From an uncultured delta proteobacterium (GTDB taxonomy: Bacteria; Myxococcota; Myxococcia; Myxococcales; Myxococcaceae), in contig CAWCKH010000004.1 of assembly GCA_963796055.1 (NCBI GenBank), positions 2,848,001-2,912,000 of the forward strand: a stretch of 64,000 nt of DNA, written 5' to 3'. A program made the position numbers and the translations under genes. Below are positions 22,669 to 32,618 of this stretch, in pieces. Under the pieces are notes generated by a model. The model saw nothing but the letters and a program-made list of their open reading frames with translations, searched no databases and had not been told where the DNA came from. Each line of letters starts with the position of its first letter. The first letter of the stretch is position 1.

Positions 22669-24237
22669 TCAGCCCTCTGCGCTGGTCGGGGCGATCAGCT
22701 CCTCGTTCTTGACGATGTTCGCCGACTTCTTCAGCGCGGCGACGTAGGACTCCTGGATCTGGCCCTGACGCTGGCGGAGGGCCTCCTCGCGGAGCTCGGC
22801 CTTCTTTGCCTGGTACTGCGCCTCGTCGGCCTTCTCCCGCGCGGTGAGCTCGGCGACCACGAAGGCGTCTGCTGCCCGGTACGTTCCGGGCAGCGGGCCG
22901 GGCCGGTCCATGGCGAACGCGGCGGCCTGGAGGTCGGGTGCGGGCCCCAGGCGCGGGATGGACGCGGCGCTCTTCGGGAAGCTGCCGGTGTCGATGGCCC
23001 GGGGCTGGTCTCCGGGGTCGACCGACTGGGCGTCCTTGTCCTTCTTGTCCGGGAACTGGGTGGCCAGCGAGGTCCCCTTCTGCAGCGCCAGGGCCGCCTT
23101 CCTCGCGTCCGCCTCGGCGAGGGCGGCGGCGCGCTGCCGCTTCACCAGCACCTGGGCAATCTCGCCCGAAACCGAGGCCAGCGGCTTCTCCTCGGGGGCC
23201 TTCTTCTCCTCCACCTGGATCAGGTGCCACCCGAAGGGGGTCAGCACCGGCTCGGACAGCTCGCCGATCTTGAGGTTGAACGCCGCCTGGGCGAACGCGG
23301 GCACGAAGCTGCTCCGCTCGTTCCAGCCCAGCTCACCGCCCTGGAGCTTGCTGCCGGGGTCGTCCGAGGACTCCCTGGCCACCTGCGCGAAGTCCTTCCC
23401 GTCCTGGATCTGCTTGCGGAGCTCGAGCGCCCGTGCGTGCGCCCTGGACTTCTCGTCCTCGCCGGGGCTCCTCCCCATGCGGACCAGGATGTGACGGACC
23501 CGCACCTGCTCCCCCTTGGAATAGGTGCGCTTGTTGGCGCTGTAGTAGGCGGCGATCTCAAGGCCGTGGGCCTTCTCCCAGGCCGAGACCTCGGCCGGGG
23601 TGGGTTGCTTGATCTTCCCGGCGTAAGCGGCCGGGTCGAACCGGACCAGGGAGAGGCTCACCGTGTCGCCCTCGCGCTGGAACCGGGTCCGGACCTCGTC
23701 CTCGGAGACCTCGGCGGTGTCGGCCACCATGGCCAGGAGCCGTCCGGCCGCGAGCCGCCGGCGCAGCCCGGCCTCGTAGTCCGGCGCGGTCTTGCGCAGG
23801 TAGGTCTGGAGCACCTGGGTGTAGGTCTCCGGGTCGAACTGCCCGTTCTTCTGGAAGCTCGGGTCCTTGCGCAGGTACTCGAGCAGATCGGGGTCCGACA
23901 CGGTGATGCCGTGGGACTCGGCGGCCTGCTCGAGCAGCTCGGTGGTGATGAGCTCGTCCAGGACGCGGCCCGGGATGCCGAACTGGCGGGCCAGGGCCTC
24001 GGGGAGGTCGCTGCCCCCGCGCTGGCGGAGGGCCTCCAGCCGGAGGGCGTAGGCCCGGCGGAACTCGGTCAGCGAGATCTCCTGGCCGTTGACCCGGGCG
24101 GCCGCGTCCTTCACCGAGGGAGTGAGCGGCGCGTTGCAGCCACGGCTCCCCGGACCGAACTGGAGGATGAAGACCAGGGCGATGGCGAAGATGAAGAGGT
24201 AGGAGAAGAAGCGGCGGGCGTCGAATCCGGAGCTCAT
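22669..24237 (-). CDS. SurA/PpiD-like membrane-anchored peptidyl-prolyl isomerase
   Basis: N-terminal TM, SurA N-terminal domain, parvulin domain (VRHILV, FAQVARESSDD, GGELGW, TPFGWHLI). Confidence 0.9.
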   Translation of the reverse strand: MSSGFDARRFFSYLFIFAIALVFILQFGPGSRGCNAPLTPSVKDAAARVNGQEISLTEFRRAYALRLEALRQRGGSDLPEALARQFGIPGRVLDELITTELLEQAAESHGITVSDPDLLEYLRKDPSFQKNGQFDPETYTQVLQTYLRKTAPDYEAGLRRRLAAGRLLAMVADTAEVSEDEVRTRFQREGDTVSLSLVRFDPAAYAGKIKQPTPAEVSAWEKAHGLEIAAYYSANKRTYSKGEQVRVRHILVRMGRSPGEDEKSRAHARALELRKQIQDGKDFAQVARESSDDPGSKLQGGELGWNERSSFVPAFAQAAFNLKIGELSEPVLTPFGWHLIQVEEKKAPEEKPLASVSGEIAQVLVKRQRAAALAEADARKAALALQKGTSLATQFPDKKDKDAQSVDPGDQPRAIDTGSFPKSAASIPRLGPAPDLQAAAFAMDRPGPLPGTYRAADAFVVAELTAREKADEAQYQAKKAELREEALRQRQGQIQESYVAALKKSANIVKNEELIAPTSAEG

Positions 24238-24371
24238 GGAGCGTGTCTGGAAGGGTGCTTTCCCGTGGCAGCAAGAGGCCGGCCAGCCTCGGGAAGCATC
24301 CTTGACCCTCTAGGGGAGCGACTGTGAAAATACAAGCGCTTCGGCAGCAATGAGAAGGACCCCCCGACCAA

Positions 24372-25235
24372 GTGCTGTCTTTTCTCCGGCGTCACCGTGA
24401 GCCACTGCTGGTCTGCATCATCCTCGCGCACGCGCTGGGGATGTTCCTCGGCTCGAGCCGCCGGGTGCGGGAGCCCAACCTCGTCGATCGGATCGCGCTC
24501 GCGGTGACCGCGCCGGTGCAGCAGGCCGCGGTGGCCACCATCGATGGCACGGTGAACGCGTGGCAGCAGTACGTGTCGCTGCGGAACGTGCGGCGCGACA
24601 ACGCGCGTCTGCTGGATGAGAACTCGAAGCTGCGAGCCGACGTGGTGGGCCTCGCCGAGGCGCGGGCGGAGAACGAGCGGCTCCGCCGGCTGGTGCACTA
24701 CGACGAGAGCAATCCCGGACCCAAAGTATTGGCCCGCGTCCTGGGCATCAACCCCGACCCCAATCGGCTCACCTTGCGCATCGACCGGGGGGAAGGGGAT
24801 GGGGTGCGGCGCGGACAGGCGGTGGTGACCGCGGACGGGGTGGTGGGCCAGGTGCTCCGGGCGACGGCCAGCGCCGCCGACGTGCTGGTGGTGTTCGACC
24901 CCAACTGCCGGCTGGGCGGCCGCATCCAGCGGACGCGGGCCCGGGTGGGCATCTCCGGCGCCGGCGATGATCAGGCGCTGAAGCTCGAGTACCTGCTGCG
25001 GACCGAGGACCTGGAGGAGGGAGATCTGGTGGTGACCGCCGGGACCGACGGGGTGTACCCGCCCGGTCTGGTCGTCGGCCGGGTCACCGGCGTGCAGCGG
25101 CAGACCAGCGGCATGTTCCTCAATGCCGGCATCCTCCCGGCGGTGAACTTCGGCAAGGTGGAGGAGGTGCTGGTGCTCGCGCCCCAGCCCGCGGCCGCGT
25201 TTCCCACCCGAACCGACAGCCAGGGGCGCCGATGA
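24372..25235 (+). CDS. mreC: Rod shape-determining protein MreC
   Basis: N-terminal TM, coiled coil ENERLRRL, IDRG..DGV, GVVGQV, GD.VVT.G.DGVYPPGL.VG. Confidence 0.95.
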   Translation: MLSFLRRHREPLLVCIILAHALGMFLGSSRRVREPNLVDRIALAVTAPVQQAAVATIDGTVNAWQQYVSLRNVRRDNARLLDENSKLRADVVGLAEARAENERLRRLVHYDESNPGPKVLARVLGINPDPNRLTLRIDRGEGDGVRRGQAVVTADGVVGQVLRATASAADVLVVFDPNCRLGGRIQRTRARVGISGAGDDQALKLEYLLRTEDLEEGDLVVTAGTDGVYPPGLVVGRVTGVQRQTSGMFLNAGILPAVNFGKVEEVLVLAPQPAAAFPTRTDSQGRR

Positions 25236-25735
25236 GGCTCGCGCTGACCCTGGTGCTGACCCTGCTCTTCCTCGCGCTGGAGTCGGTGGCCGTGAAGTAC
25301 CTGGGCCTCGGGGTGGCCCGCATCGACGTCACAGTGGCAATCGTGGCCTTCCTCTCGCTGCGCGCCGGGCTGCTCGAGGGCGCCGTGGCTTCGTACGGGG
25401 TGGGCTACCTGCTCGACCTCATGACCGGCCGCCCCACCGGCCTCTACACCTTGCTGGCGGTGGTCACCTTCCTGCTCGGGCGCATCGCCGCCTCGCTGGT
25501 GGACGTGCGGAGCGGGAAGTCCTTCGCCCTGTTCGCCATGGCCGCCGACGCCACCCACGGGCTCCTGGCCTGGGGCATTGGCTCGGTGAGCAGCAAGCAG
25601 ATGGCGCTCTCCGGGCTGTCCGGGCTCCCGGCGGAGGTGCTCCTCACCGGGCTGGCTGCGCTGCTCCTCTATCCGTTGCTGAAGCGCTTCGGGCTCGGCG
25701 CCGAGAAGCGTGAACCGGGGCTGCTCTCTCCATGA
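25232..25735 (+). CDS. mreD: Rod shape-determining protein MreD
   Basis: Hydrophobic 167-aa protein between mreC and mrdA with overlapping ATGA junctions. Confidence 0.85.
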   Translation: MRLALTLVLTLLFLALESVAVKYLGLGVARIDVTVAIVAFLSLRAGLLEGAVASYGVGYLLDLMTGRPTGLYTLLAVVTFLLGRIAASLVDVRSGKSFALFAMAADATHGLLAWGIGSVSSKQMALSGLSGLPAEVLLTGLAALLLYPLLKRFGLGAEKREPGLLSP

Positions 25736-27762
25736 CGCTCGGGCAGAACAGCGCGGGGAAGGACCTCAAGGCGCGCTACCTGTGGCTGGGCCTGGTGATG
25801 ATCGCCGGCCTGCTGCTCCTGGCCGGACGGCTGTACCGGCTGCAGATCGCCCGCGGCGACGAGTATGCGGCGAAGTCGGTCGCCAACTTCGTGAAGGAGA
25901 TCCGGGTCAAGGCGGATCGGGGAATCATCAAGGATCGCCGCGGGGAGATCCTGGTCGACAGCCGTCCCTCGTTCGACGTCTTCATCACCCCGGCGTTCTG
26001 CGAGCGCTGCACCGAGGAGGTGCTCCCGCGCCTCTCCGGGTGGCTCGCCTGGGACGAGGAGCAAGTGAAGCACGTGGAGCAGCTGCTCCGCGCCGCGCGG
26101 CGGACCGCACCGTTCCAGCCGGTGCCGGTGCAGCTGGACCTCAACCGGGACGAGCTGGACACGCTGAACGCCCACAAGCTGGAGCTGGCGGGGGTGGACT
26201 GGCCGGCGGTCCCCCACCGCAATTACCGCACCGGTACCGTGCTCCCCCACGTGGTGGGGTACATGAACGAGATCACCCAGGACGAGCTCGACCGGCTCAA
26301 CGCCCAGGGTGAGGGCTACGCGCTCGGCGACTTCATCGGCCGGCGCGGGGTGGAGCGCTTCTTCGAGCGCCGCCTCCGCGGCAAGGACGGGAGCCGCAAG
26401 GAGGTGGTCAACGCCCGCGGCGAGAGTATCCAGGAGCTGAGCGACCTCATCACCGGGGAGGCCACGGTCTCCAGCACGCCGGGCGACAACGTGGTCCTGA
26501 GCATCGACATGCGGCTGCAGGCCGAGGCCGAGCGGGCGTTCCCCGGGACTGCCGGGGCGGTGGTGGCGATGGAGGTCCGCACCGGGTTCATCCTGGCCAT
26601 GGTGTCGCGCCCGGGGTTCGACCCCAACGTGCTCACCGGCCGGGTGACGCCAGCGCAGCTCACGGCGCTGAACAAGGACCCGCTGCAGCCGATGATCTTC
26701 CGCCCCGCGCAGCAGCACTACAGCCCCGGGTCGACCTTCAAGGCAGTGAGCATGTTCGCCGCGCTGGAGAGCGGCAGCTTCAACGCCCACAGCTCGGTCA
26801 GCTGTGCCGGGGGCTACCACCTCGGAGCCCGGGTCTGGAGATGCTGGAAGCCGGCAGGCCACGGGTACGTGGACGCGCGGCGCGCGCTCCGGGAATCGTG
26901 TGACACCTGGTTCTACCGGGTGGGTGACACCCTGGGGCTCGACCCGATCGCCCGGATGGCTCGGAGCTTCGGGCTCGGCGCGCCCACCGGGATCGCGGTT
27001 CTCGCCGAGGTACCGGGCATCATGCCCGACACCGTGTACCACGATCGGGTCACGCCGGGCGGTTACACCAAGGGCCTGGCGCTCAACAGCGTCATCGGAC
27101 AGGGCGACGTGAACGTGACGCCGCTGCAGCTGGCGATGGTCTACGCGACGATCGCCAACGGTGGTCATCTGTACCGGCCACAGCTGGTCCGCCGTCTGGA
27201 AAGCCCGGACGGGCGGACCCTCCAGGAGTTCCAGCCCGAGCTGGTCCGTGAGCTGGATCTCGACCCTGGTGCGCGGCTGCTGGTGGTCGACGCGCTGACG
27301 GCGGTGGTGAACGAGCCCGGCGGAACCGCGTACCGGGCCCGGCTCCCGGACGTGAAGATCGCCGGGAAGACCGGGACGGCGCAGGTGATCGCCATCGGCA
27401 AGACGCGGTTGAAGAAGGAGGCGATGACCTACTGGCAGCGGGACCACGCCTGGTTCGCCTCCTTCGCCCCGGCCGAGGACCCGGAGATCGCGGTGGTGGT
27501 GCTCAACGAGCACGGCGGGCACGGGGGCATGGATGCCGCGCCCACCGCGACCGCGCTGTTCAAGAAGTACTTCGAGCTCAAGCGCGAGGACGCCAACGCC
27601 ACGATTGCTGCGTCCACCGCCCTTCCGGTCATGCCGGTGCGGCCGGTGCCGCCGCCACCAGCACCACGCCCACCTCCGGTCCCGGAGGAGGCCCCTCCGG
27701 CCCCGGCCGCCGCGCCGTCGGTGGCCCAGGTGCCGGCAGCCCCCTCGGAGGGCGCGCGCTGA
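25732..27762 (+). CDS. mrdA: Penicillin-binding protein 2
   Basis: RGIIKDRRG, PGSTFK (SxxK), SCD (SxN variant), KTGTAQ, DHAWF. Confidence 0.96.
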   Translation: MTLGQNSAGKDLKARYLWLGLVMIAGLLLLAGRLYRLQIARGDEYAAKSVANFVKEIRVKADRGIIKDRRGEILVDSRPSFDVFITPAFCERCTEEVLPRLSGWLAWDEEQVKHVEQLLRAARRTAPFQPVPVQLDLNRDELDTLNAHKLELAGVDWPAVPHRNYRTGTVLPHVVGYMNEITQDELDRLNAQGEGYALGDFIGRRGVERFFERRLRGKDGSRKEVVNARGESIQELSDLITGEATVSSTPGDNVVLSIDMRLQAEAERAFPGTAGAVVAMEVRTGFILAMVSRPGFDPNVLTGRVTPAQLTALNKDPLQPMIFRPAQQHYSPGSTFKAVSMFAALESGSFNAHSSVSCAGGYHLGARVWRCWKPAGHGYVDARRALRESCDTWFYRVGDTLGLDPIARMARSFGLGAPTGIAVLAEVPGIMPDTVYHDRVTPGGYTKGLALNSVIGQGDVNVTPLQLAMVYATIANGGHLYRPQLVRRLESPDGRTLQEFQPELVRELDLDPGARLLVVDALTAVVNEPGGTAYRARLPDVKIAGKTGTAQVIAIGKTRLKKEAMTYWQRDHAWFASFAPAEDPEIAVVVLNEHGGHGGMDAAPTATALFKKYFELKREDANATIAASTALPVMPVRPVPPPPAPRPPPVPEEAPPAPAAAPSVAQVPAAPSEGAR

Positions 27763-28907
27763 TGATGCTGCGGATCGAGCGCCGGATGGTGCTGAAGATC
27801 CCCTGGGGCCTGGTGGCGGTGACCCTGGCCATCGCGCTGCTCGGCATCTGGAACCTGGCCTCGGCCTCTCGGCCGCCCCACACCCCCCTCTGGGCACGGC
27901 AGCTGCTGAACCTCGGGGTGGGCGTGGCTGCCGGGGTCGCGGTCTGCCTGATGGACTACCGGTTCATCCAGCGGATGGCCTGGCCCATCTACGGGGTGAA
28001 CGCGGCGGCGCTGATGGCGCTCAAGCTGGTCGGGCACCGGGCGAAGGGCGAGGCGAGCTGGCTGGCGCTCGGGCCGCTGCGGATCGAGCCGGCGGAGTTC
28101 ATGAAGCTGGCGCTGATCATCGCCCTGGCCCGCTTCTTCCACGACGACTACCGCGAGGGCGAGGCGCCCTACGGGCCGGTTCGGCTGTGGAAGCCGATTC
28201 TCCTGGCGCTCCTCGCGGCGGGGCTGGTGCTCCCGGACCTCGGGAACACGATGATGATCCTCCTCACCGCCTGCACCATCCTGGTCTTCTCCCGGCTGAG
28301 GCTGTGGGTGCTGGGCGTGGGCGTGGCCGGGCTGGCGGCGGTGTCGCTGATCATCTGGAACGACTACGTGCGGGACCCCTCCGACGGTCACCCGACCGTC
28401 ATCCGGCAGGTCTTGAAGCGGCACCAGAGCCAGCGCATCGCCGGGTGGCTCTCGCCGGAGTCGGACCTCAAGGGCTCGGGCTACCACGCCGCGCAGTCGA
28501 AGATCGCGGTGGGCTCCGGCGGGCTGCTGGGGAAGGGCTGGCGTCAGGGGACGCAGACCGGCCTGTTCTTCCTCCCCGAGCAGCACACCGACTTCATCTT
28601 CTCGGTGTGGGCCGAGGAGCACGGGTTCCTCGCCTCGCTGCTGCTGCTCGGGCTCTACGGGCTGATCTTCGCCTTCGCGCTGGGGGTGGCGATGCAGGCC
28701 CGGGACCGCTTCGGGGCGTTCGTGGCGGTGGGCGTGGCGGCGATGATCTTCTGGCAGGTCTTCGAGAACATCGGGATGGTGGTGGGATTGCTCCCGGTGA
28801 CCGGCATCACCTTGCCGCTGATGAGCTACGGCGGCTCGTCGATGATGAGCGTGCTCCTGGCGCTGGGGCTCCTGGCGAGCATCGCCATGCGGCGGCACAT
28901 GTTCTGA
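27762..28907 (+). CDS. rodA: Rod shape-determining SEDS protein RodA
   Basis: EPAEFMK, PDLG, AVGSGGLLGKG, LPEQHTDFIF, GITLPLMSYGGSS. Confidence 0.97.
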   Translation: MMLRIERRMVLKIPWGLVAVTLAIALLGIWNLASASRPPHTPLWARQLLNLGVGVAAGVAVCLMDYRFIQRMAWPIYGVNAAALMALKLVGHRAKGEASWLALGPLRIEPAEFMKLALIIALARFFHDDYREGEAPYGPVRLWKPILLALLAAGLVLPDLGNTMMILLTACTILVFSRLRLWVLGVGVAGLAAVSLIIWNDYVRDPSDGHPTVIRQVLKRHQSQRIAGWLSPESDLKGSGYHAAQSKIAVGSGGLLGKGWRQGTQTGLFFLPEQHTDFIFSVWAEEHGFLASLLLLGLYGLIFAFALGVAMQARDRFGAFVAVGVAAMIFWQVFENIGMVVGLLPVTGITLPLMSYGGSSMMSVLLALGLLASIAMRRHMF

Positions 28908-29035
28908 CCCGCACCGCGGGTGCTCCCGGCGGATCTTGCGCTGGCTGAAGCGGCTGCCGGCGGGGCAGACTGTGCTGGTGGGGGACCTGCTGACCGGAGC
29001 ACTCTGATCCAGGCACTCGCTTCCCGGAGGTTCCC

Positions 29036-30184
29036 TTGAGGGCCGAGTCGATCACCGTCGCGCCCAGTCCCGTCGCGGTCCCCACCGAGTCGGGCCGGCA
29101 GCTCCCCTTCGACTGGCTGAGGGGGCTGGTGATGGTGCTGATGACCATCGACCACGCCTCGGGCGAGTTCAACGCCGGCCGGCTCTTCACCGACGCGACG
29201 TTCCTCTACCAGGCCGGCACGCCGCTGCCGCAGGACCAGTTCCTGACCCGGTGGATCACCCACCTCTGCGCGCCCACCTTCGTCTTCCTCGCGGGCTACG
29301 TCATGCAGCTGAGCGTGCGGCGCCGGCGGGAGCTGGGCGAGTCCGAGGGGAGCATCACCCGCTTCATCGTCACCCGCGGGCTGATCATCGCCGCGCTGGA
29401 CCCCCTCTGGATGCACCTGGTGTTCCGGCCGCCGGGGGGTGGCATCGTGCTCCAGGTCCTCTACGCGATCGGGATGAGCTTCGTGATGATGGCCTTCCTG
29501 CGGAAGCTGCCTCCGCTCACCGTCGGAGTCGTCGGGGTGCTCCTGGTCTTCCTGTCCGAGCCGTTGCAGGCCCTGGTCCGGCAGACGACGGGCGTCGTGC
29601 AGTATGTGGGTACGCTGCTGGTGGCGGCCGGGCCGGCGAAGCCCTTCCTTGTGGGCTATCCGCTCATCCCCTGGCTGGCGATCATGATGATGGGGTGGGG
29701 GGCGGCCGAGGTGGCGCGATTGGCGCCGGACCGCTTCCCGCGGCGAATCGCGGTCGCCGGTATCGTCGCCCTGGCGATCTTCTTCCTGGTCCGGGGGCTG
29801 AACGGCTGGGGCAACATGGGGCTGTTCCGGGAGGATGGCTCGCTCGTGCAGTGGCTGCACGTCTCGAAGTACCCGCCCTCGGTGGCCTACGACGGCCTCG
29901 AGCTGGGCATCGGCTGGCTGCTGCTGGCGCTCTTCCTGGTCTGGCGGCCCCCGGCCTGGGCGGACGCGGTGCTCCGGCCGCTCGGGCAGAGCGCGTTCTT
30001 CTTCTACCTTCTGCACGTTCATCTGCTGGCGGTGGCCTCGTACGCCCTGGGGATGCACGGCAAGGCCGGCCTGGGAACGACGTACCTGTCGGCGGCGGTG
30101 GTGGTGGCGGTGCTGGTGCCCGCGTGCAGCGTGTACCGGCGGTACAAGCTGGCGCACCCCAGGAGCATCGCCCAGTACATCTAA
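29036..30184 (+). CDS. DUF1624/HGSNAT-like multi-pass membrane protein
   Basis: D.LRGLVMVLMTIDH, TRWITHLCAPTFVFLAG, RGL, SKYPPS motifs. Confidence 0.85.
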   Translation: MRAESITVAPSPVAVPTESGRQLPFDWLRGLVMVLMTIDHASGEFNAGRLFTDATFLYQAGTPLPQDQFLTRWITHLCAPTFVFLAGYVMQLSVRRRRELGESEGSITRFIVTRGLIIAALDPLWMHLVFRPPGGGIVLQVLYAIGMSFVMMAFLRKLPPLTVGVVGVLLVFLSEPLQALVRQTTGVVQYVGTLLVAAGPAKPFLVGYPLIPWLAIMMMGWGAAEVARLAPDRFPRRIAVAGIVALAIFFLVRGLNGWGNMGLFREDGSLVQWLHVSKYPPSVAYDGLELGIGWLLLALFLVWRPPAWADAVLRPLGQSAFFFYLLHVHLLAVASYALGMHGKAGLGTTYLSAAVVVAVLVPACSVYRRYKLAHPRSIAQYI

Positions 30185-30199
30185 GCCAGTACATCTAAG
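30172..30199. repeat. Perfect 14-bp tandem duplication spanning a stop codon
   Basis: CCAGTACATCTAAG at 30172-30185 and 30186-30199. Confidence 0.9.
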
Positions 30200-30229
30200 G
30201 AGGTGCGCCGGGGGCGGAATGCCCGCGGG

Positions 30230-30964
30230 TCACGAGCGGCCGACGCCTCCGAGGACCGCCACCCCCAGCCCGAGGATGAGCAGCGAGACGATGGTCCTGA
30301 AGACCCGCTCGGGAATGCGTCGGAGGACGCGCTCACCGGCAAGGGTTCCAGCCAGCGTGCCTGCGGTCGCCACGGCGACGAGAACCCACGCTGGAGGAAG
30401 GAGCTCGTGCCACTCCAGCCCCAGGTACACGGGAAGGCGCACCGCATCCACGATCAGCCCGATCGCGGTCCCGGTGGCGACGAACGCCTCCTTCCGGATG
30501 TCGAAGCCCATGAGCGCGGCCGATCGGATCCCTCCCTGGTTTCCGACCAGTCCCCCGAGTCCACCGGAGAGGACGCCGGCCACCCACGCGGTGGTCCGGC
30601 CGAACCGGATCCGCTCCGAGAGCCTGCTGACGCCCAGGAGCCCGGCGAAGACCAGCAGGCACCCGAACACGACGGCGAGGCCGCTGCTCCGCACCTGGTT
30701 GTGGAGGAGCGCACCCGTGAGGCCACCCGCTGCGCTGGCGATCCCGAAGCGGACGAGGACGGTGCGGTCCACCTCGTGCCGCAGTCGCCATGCCCGGAGG
30801 AGCGTGGCCGCGAAATGAGGGATCGCCACCAGGACCACTGCGGTCTTCATCCCGTATCGCCAGGCGACGAGCGGTGTGAGCACGCTCCCGATGCCGAATC
30901 CGGCGACCGAGGCGATCGCCCCCGCGACGACGGCCACGGCGCCCACCAGCAGGACGAAGATCAT
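30230..30964 (-). CDS. TauE/SafE (TSUP) family membrane transporter
   Basis: AGAIASVAGFGIG.VLTP, GGLGGLVGNQGG; about 8 TM helices. Confidence 0.85.
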   Translation of the reverse strand: MIFVLLVGAVAVVAGAIASVAGFGIGSVLTPLVAWRYGMKTAVVLVAIPHFAATLLRAWRLRHEVDRTVLVRFGIASAAGGLTGALLHNQVRSSGLAVVFGCLLVFAGLLGVSRLSERIRFGRTTAWVAGVLSGGLGGLVGNQGGIRSAALMGFDIRKEAFVATGTAIGLIVDAVRLPVYLGLEWHELLPPAWVLVAVATAGTLAGTLAGERVLRRIPERVFRTIVSLLILGLGVAVLGGVGRS

Positions 30965-30977
30965 CGGTCGCCCTCGT

Positions 30978-31118
30978 TCAGGGATCCGGCGGCGACCAGC
31001 ACCGGGTTCCGATCAAGATCCCGTGATTTCGACCGGGGGCGTCGAGCCCGTAGACGCGCAGGTCGGTCCAGTCGAGCACCTGGTCGTGAATCGGGCCATC
31101 TGCGGTGTACTCACCCAT
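30978..31118 (-). CDS. Possible small protein (46 aa)
   Basis: GGAGG RBS 6 nt before ATG; MGEYTADGPIHDQVLDWTDLRVYGLDAPGRNHGILIGTRCWSPPDP; below the ORF-track length cutoff. Confidence 0.3.
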   Translation of the reverse strand: MGEYTADGPIHDQVLDWTDLRVYGLDAPGRNHGILIGTRCWSPPDP

Positions 31119-31169
31119 GGGCGTCCTCCCTCGACGAGGGCCCGCCGGAACCGTCCGCGCCGCCCCCGC

Positions 31170-32549
31170 CTACAGCAGCGCCCCGCGGAGGATCATGCTC
31201 GCCACCGTGAAGTAGATGATCAGCCCGCTGACGTCGACCAGGGTGGCCACGAACGGCGCCGAGGCCTTCGCCGGATCGAACCCCAGCCGCCGGAGCAGGA
31301 ACGGCAGCATCGAGCCGACCAGGTTCCCGTAGAGCACCACGCCCACCAGGCTCAGACCGACGGTGATCGCCACCAGGAGGTAGTGCTCGCCGTAGAGGTG
31401 AAACACCTTCGCCCAGATCACGATGCGGAGAAGCCCGATGGTTCCCAGGAGACACCCCAGCGCTAGGCCGGAGGCGACCTCCCGGCTCGCCACCCGCCAC
31501 CAGTCGCGGAGCTTCACCTCGCGGAGCGCGAGCGAGCGGATGATGATCGACGTGGCCTGCGAGCCGGAGTTGCCGCCGGAGGAGATGATCAGCGGCAGGA
31601 AGAGCGAGAGGACCACCGCCTTGGCGATCTCGTCCTCGAAGGCGCTCATTGCCGTGGCGGTGAGCATCTCCCCGAGGAACAGCGCCGACAGCCAGCCGCC
31701 GCGCTTCTTCACCATCGAGGCGAAGCCCACGTCGAAGTATGGGGCCTCGAGGGCCTCCACGCCGCCGAGTCCCTGGATCTCCTCGGTGGCCTTCTGCTCG
31801 GCGACGTCGAGGACGTCGTCGACGGTGATCATCCCCACCAGCACGCCGCGGGAATCGGTCACCGGGAGCGCGACCCGGTCGTACTTCTCGAAGGTCGCCA
31901 CCACCTCGTCGCGGGTCGCGGTCGCCGGGATGCTGACCAGGGTGGCGTCGTTCAGCTCCGAGACCTTCTGCTCCGGCTTGGCCAGGACCAGGATCGGCAG
32001 CCGAAGGTCGTCGAGCAGCACGCCCTTGTCGTCGGTGACGTAGATGACGTTGAGGGTCTCGACGTCCGTGCCGTGCTCGCGGATGTAGTCGAGCGCCTCG
32101 CGCGCGGTCCACTCCGGCCGGACCGCGACGTACTTGGGCGTCATGAAGCGCCCGGCGCTGCCCTCGGGATAGCCGAGGAGCTGCCGGGCGATCTTCAGCT
32201 GGTCCGGAGTGAGCGTGCTCAGCGCACGCTTGGTCACCTCGGCGGGGAGCTCCTCGAAGAGACGGGTCCGGTCGTCCGGAGCCATCCCGTTGAAGACCCC
32301 GGCCATCTGCCCGGTGCCGAGCGCGTCCACGACCTCGGTCTGCTGATCCACCGGGAGGTACTCGAACACCTGTGTCGCGGTGTCACGCGGAAGGACGCGG
32401 AAGATGACCCCCGAGTCCTCGGGTGGAAGGTCCTCGATGACCTCCGCGATGTCGGCTGGGTCCATCTCGGAGAACGCCTCGCGGATCGTGGCGTAGTCCT
32501 TCGCCTGGATCAGCTCCTCGAACTCCGGCTTCAGAAGATTGCCGAGCAT
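31170..32549 (-). CDS. mgtE: Magnesium transporter MgtE
   Basis: MgtE N domain, GYPEGSAGRFM, tandem CBS domains, SGGNSGSQA, PFVATLVDVSG. Confidence 0.97.
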   Translation of the reverse strand: MLGNLLKPEFEELIQAKDYATIREAFSEMDPADIAEVIEDLPPEDSGVIFRVLPRDTATQVFEYLPVDQQTEVVDALGTGQMAGVFNGMAPDDRTRLFEELPAEVTKRALSTLTPDQLKIARQLLGYPEGSAGRFMTPKYVAVRPEWTAREALDYIREHGTDVETLNVIYVTDDKGVLLDDLRLPILVLAKPEQKVSELNDATLVSIPATATRDEVVATFEKYDRVALPVTDSRGVLVGMITVDDVLDVAEQKATEEIQGLGGVEALEAPYFDVGFASMVKKRGGWLSALFLGEMLTATAMSAFEDEIAKAVVLSLFLPLIISSGGNSGSQATSIIIRSLALREVKLRDWWRVASREVASGLALGCLLGTIGLLRIVIWAKVFHLYGEHYLLVAITVGLSLVGVVLYGNLVGSMLPFLLRRLGFDPAKASAPFVATLVDVSGLIIYFTVASMILRGALL

Positions 32550-32618
32550 CGCTGTCTCGAGTCCCGCCTTCGAGGGTGTGCCGGGGCGGCATGGTGATAT
32601 GAAAGCGGGGCACAAGCC

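Noticed and set aside
24372..28907. Absence of mreB from the mreCD-mrdA-rodA cluster as a novelty
   Set aside because: To my knowledge mreB is unlinked from this cluster in myxobacteria, so this is ordinary; likewise lpdA need not follow pdhABC.
28908..29035. Short coding-like stretch after rodA (RILRWLKRLPAGQTVLVGDLLTGAL-stop)
   Set aside because: No in-frame start or RBS; too short to support as a gene, at most a remnant.
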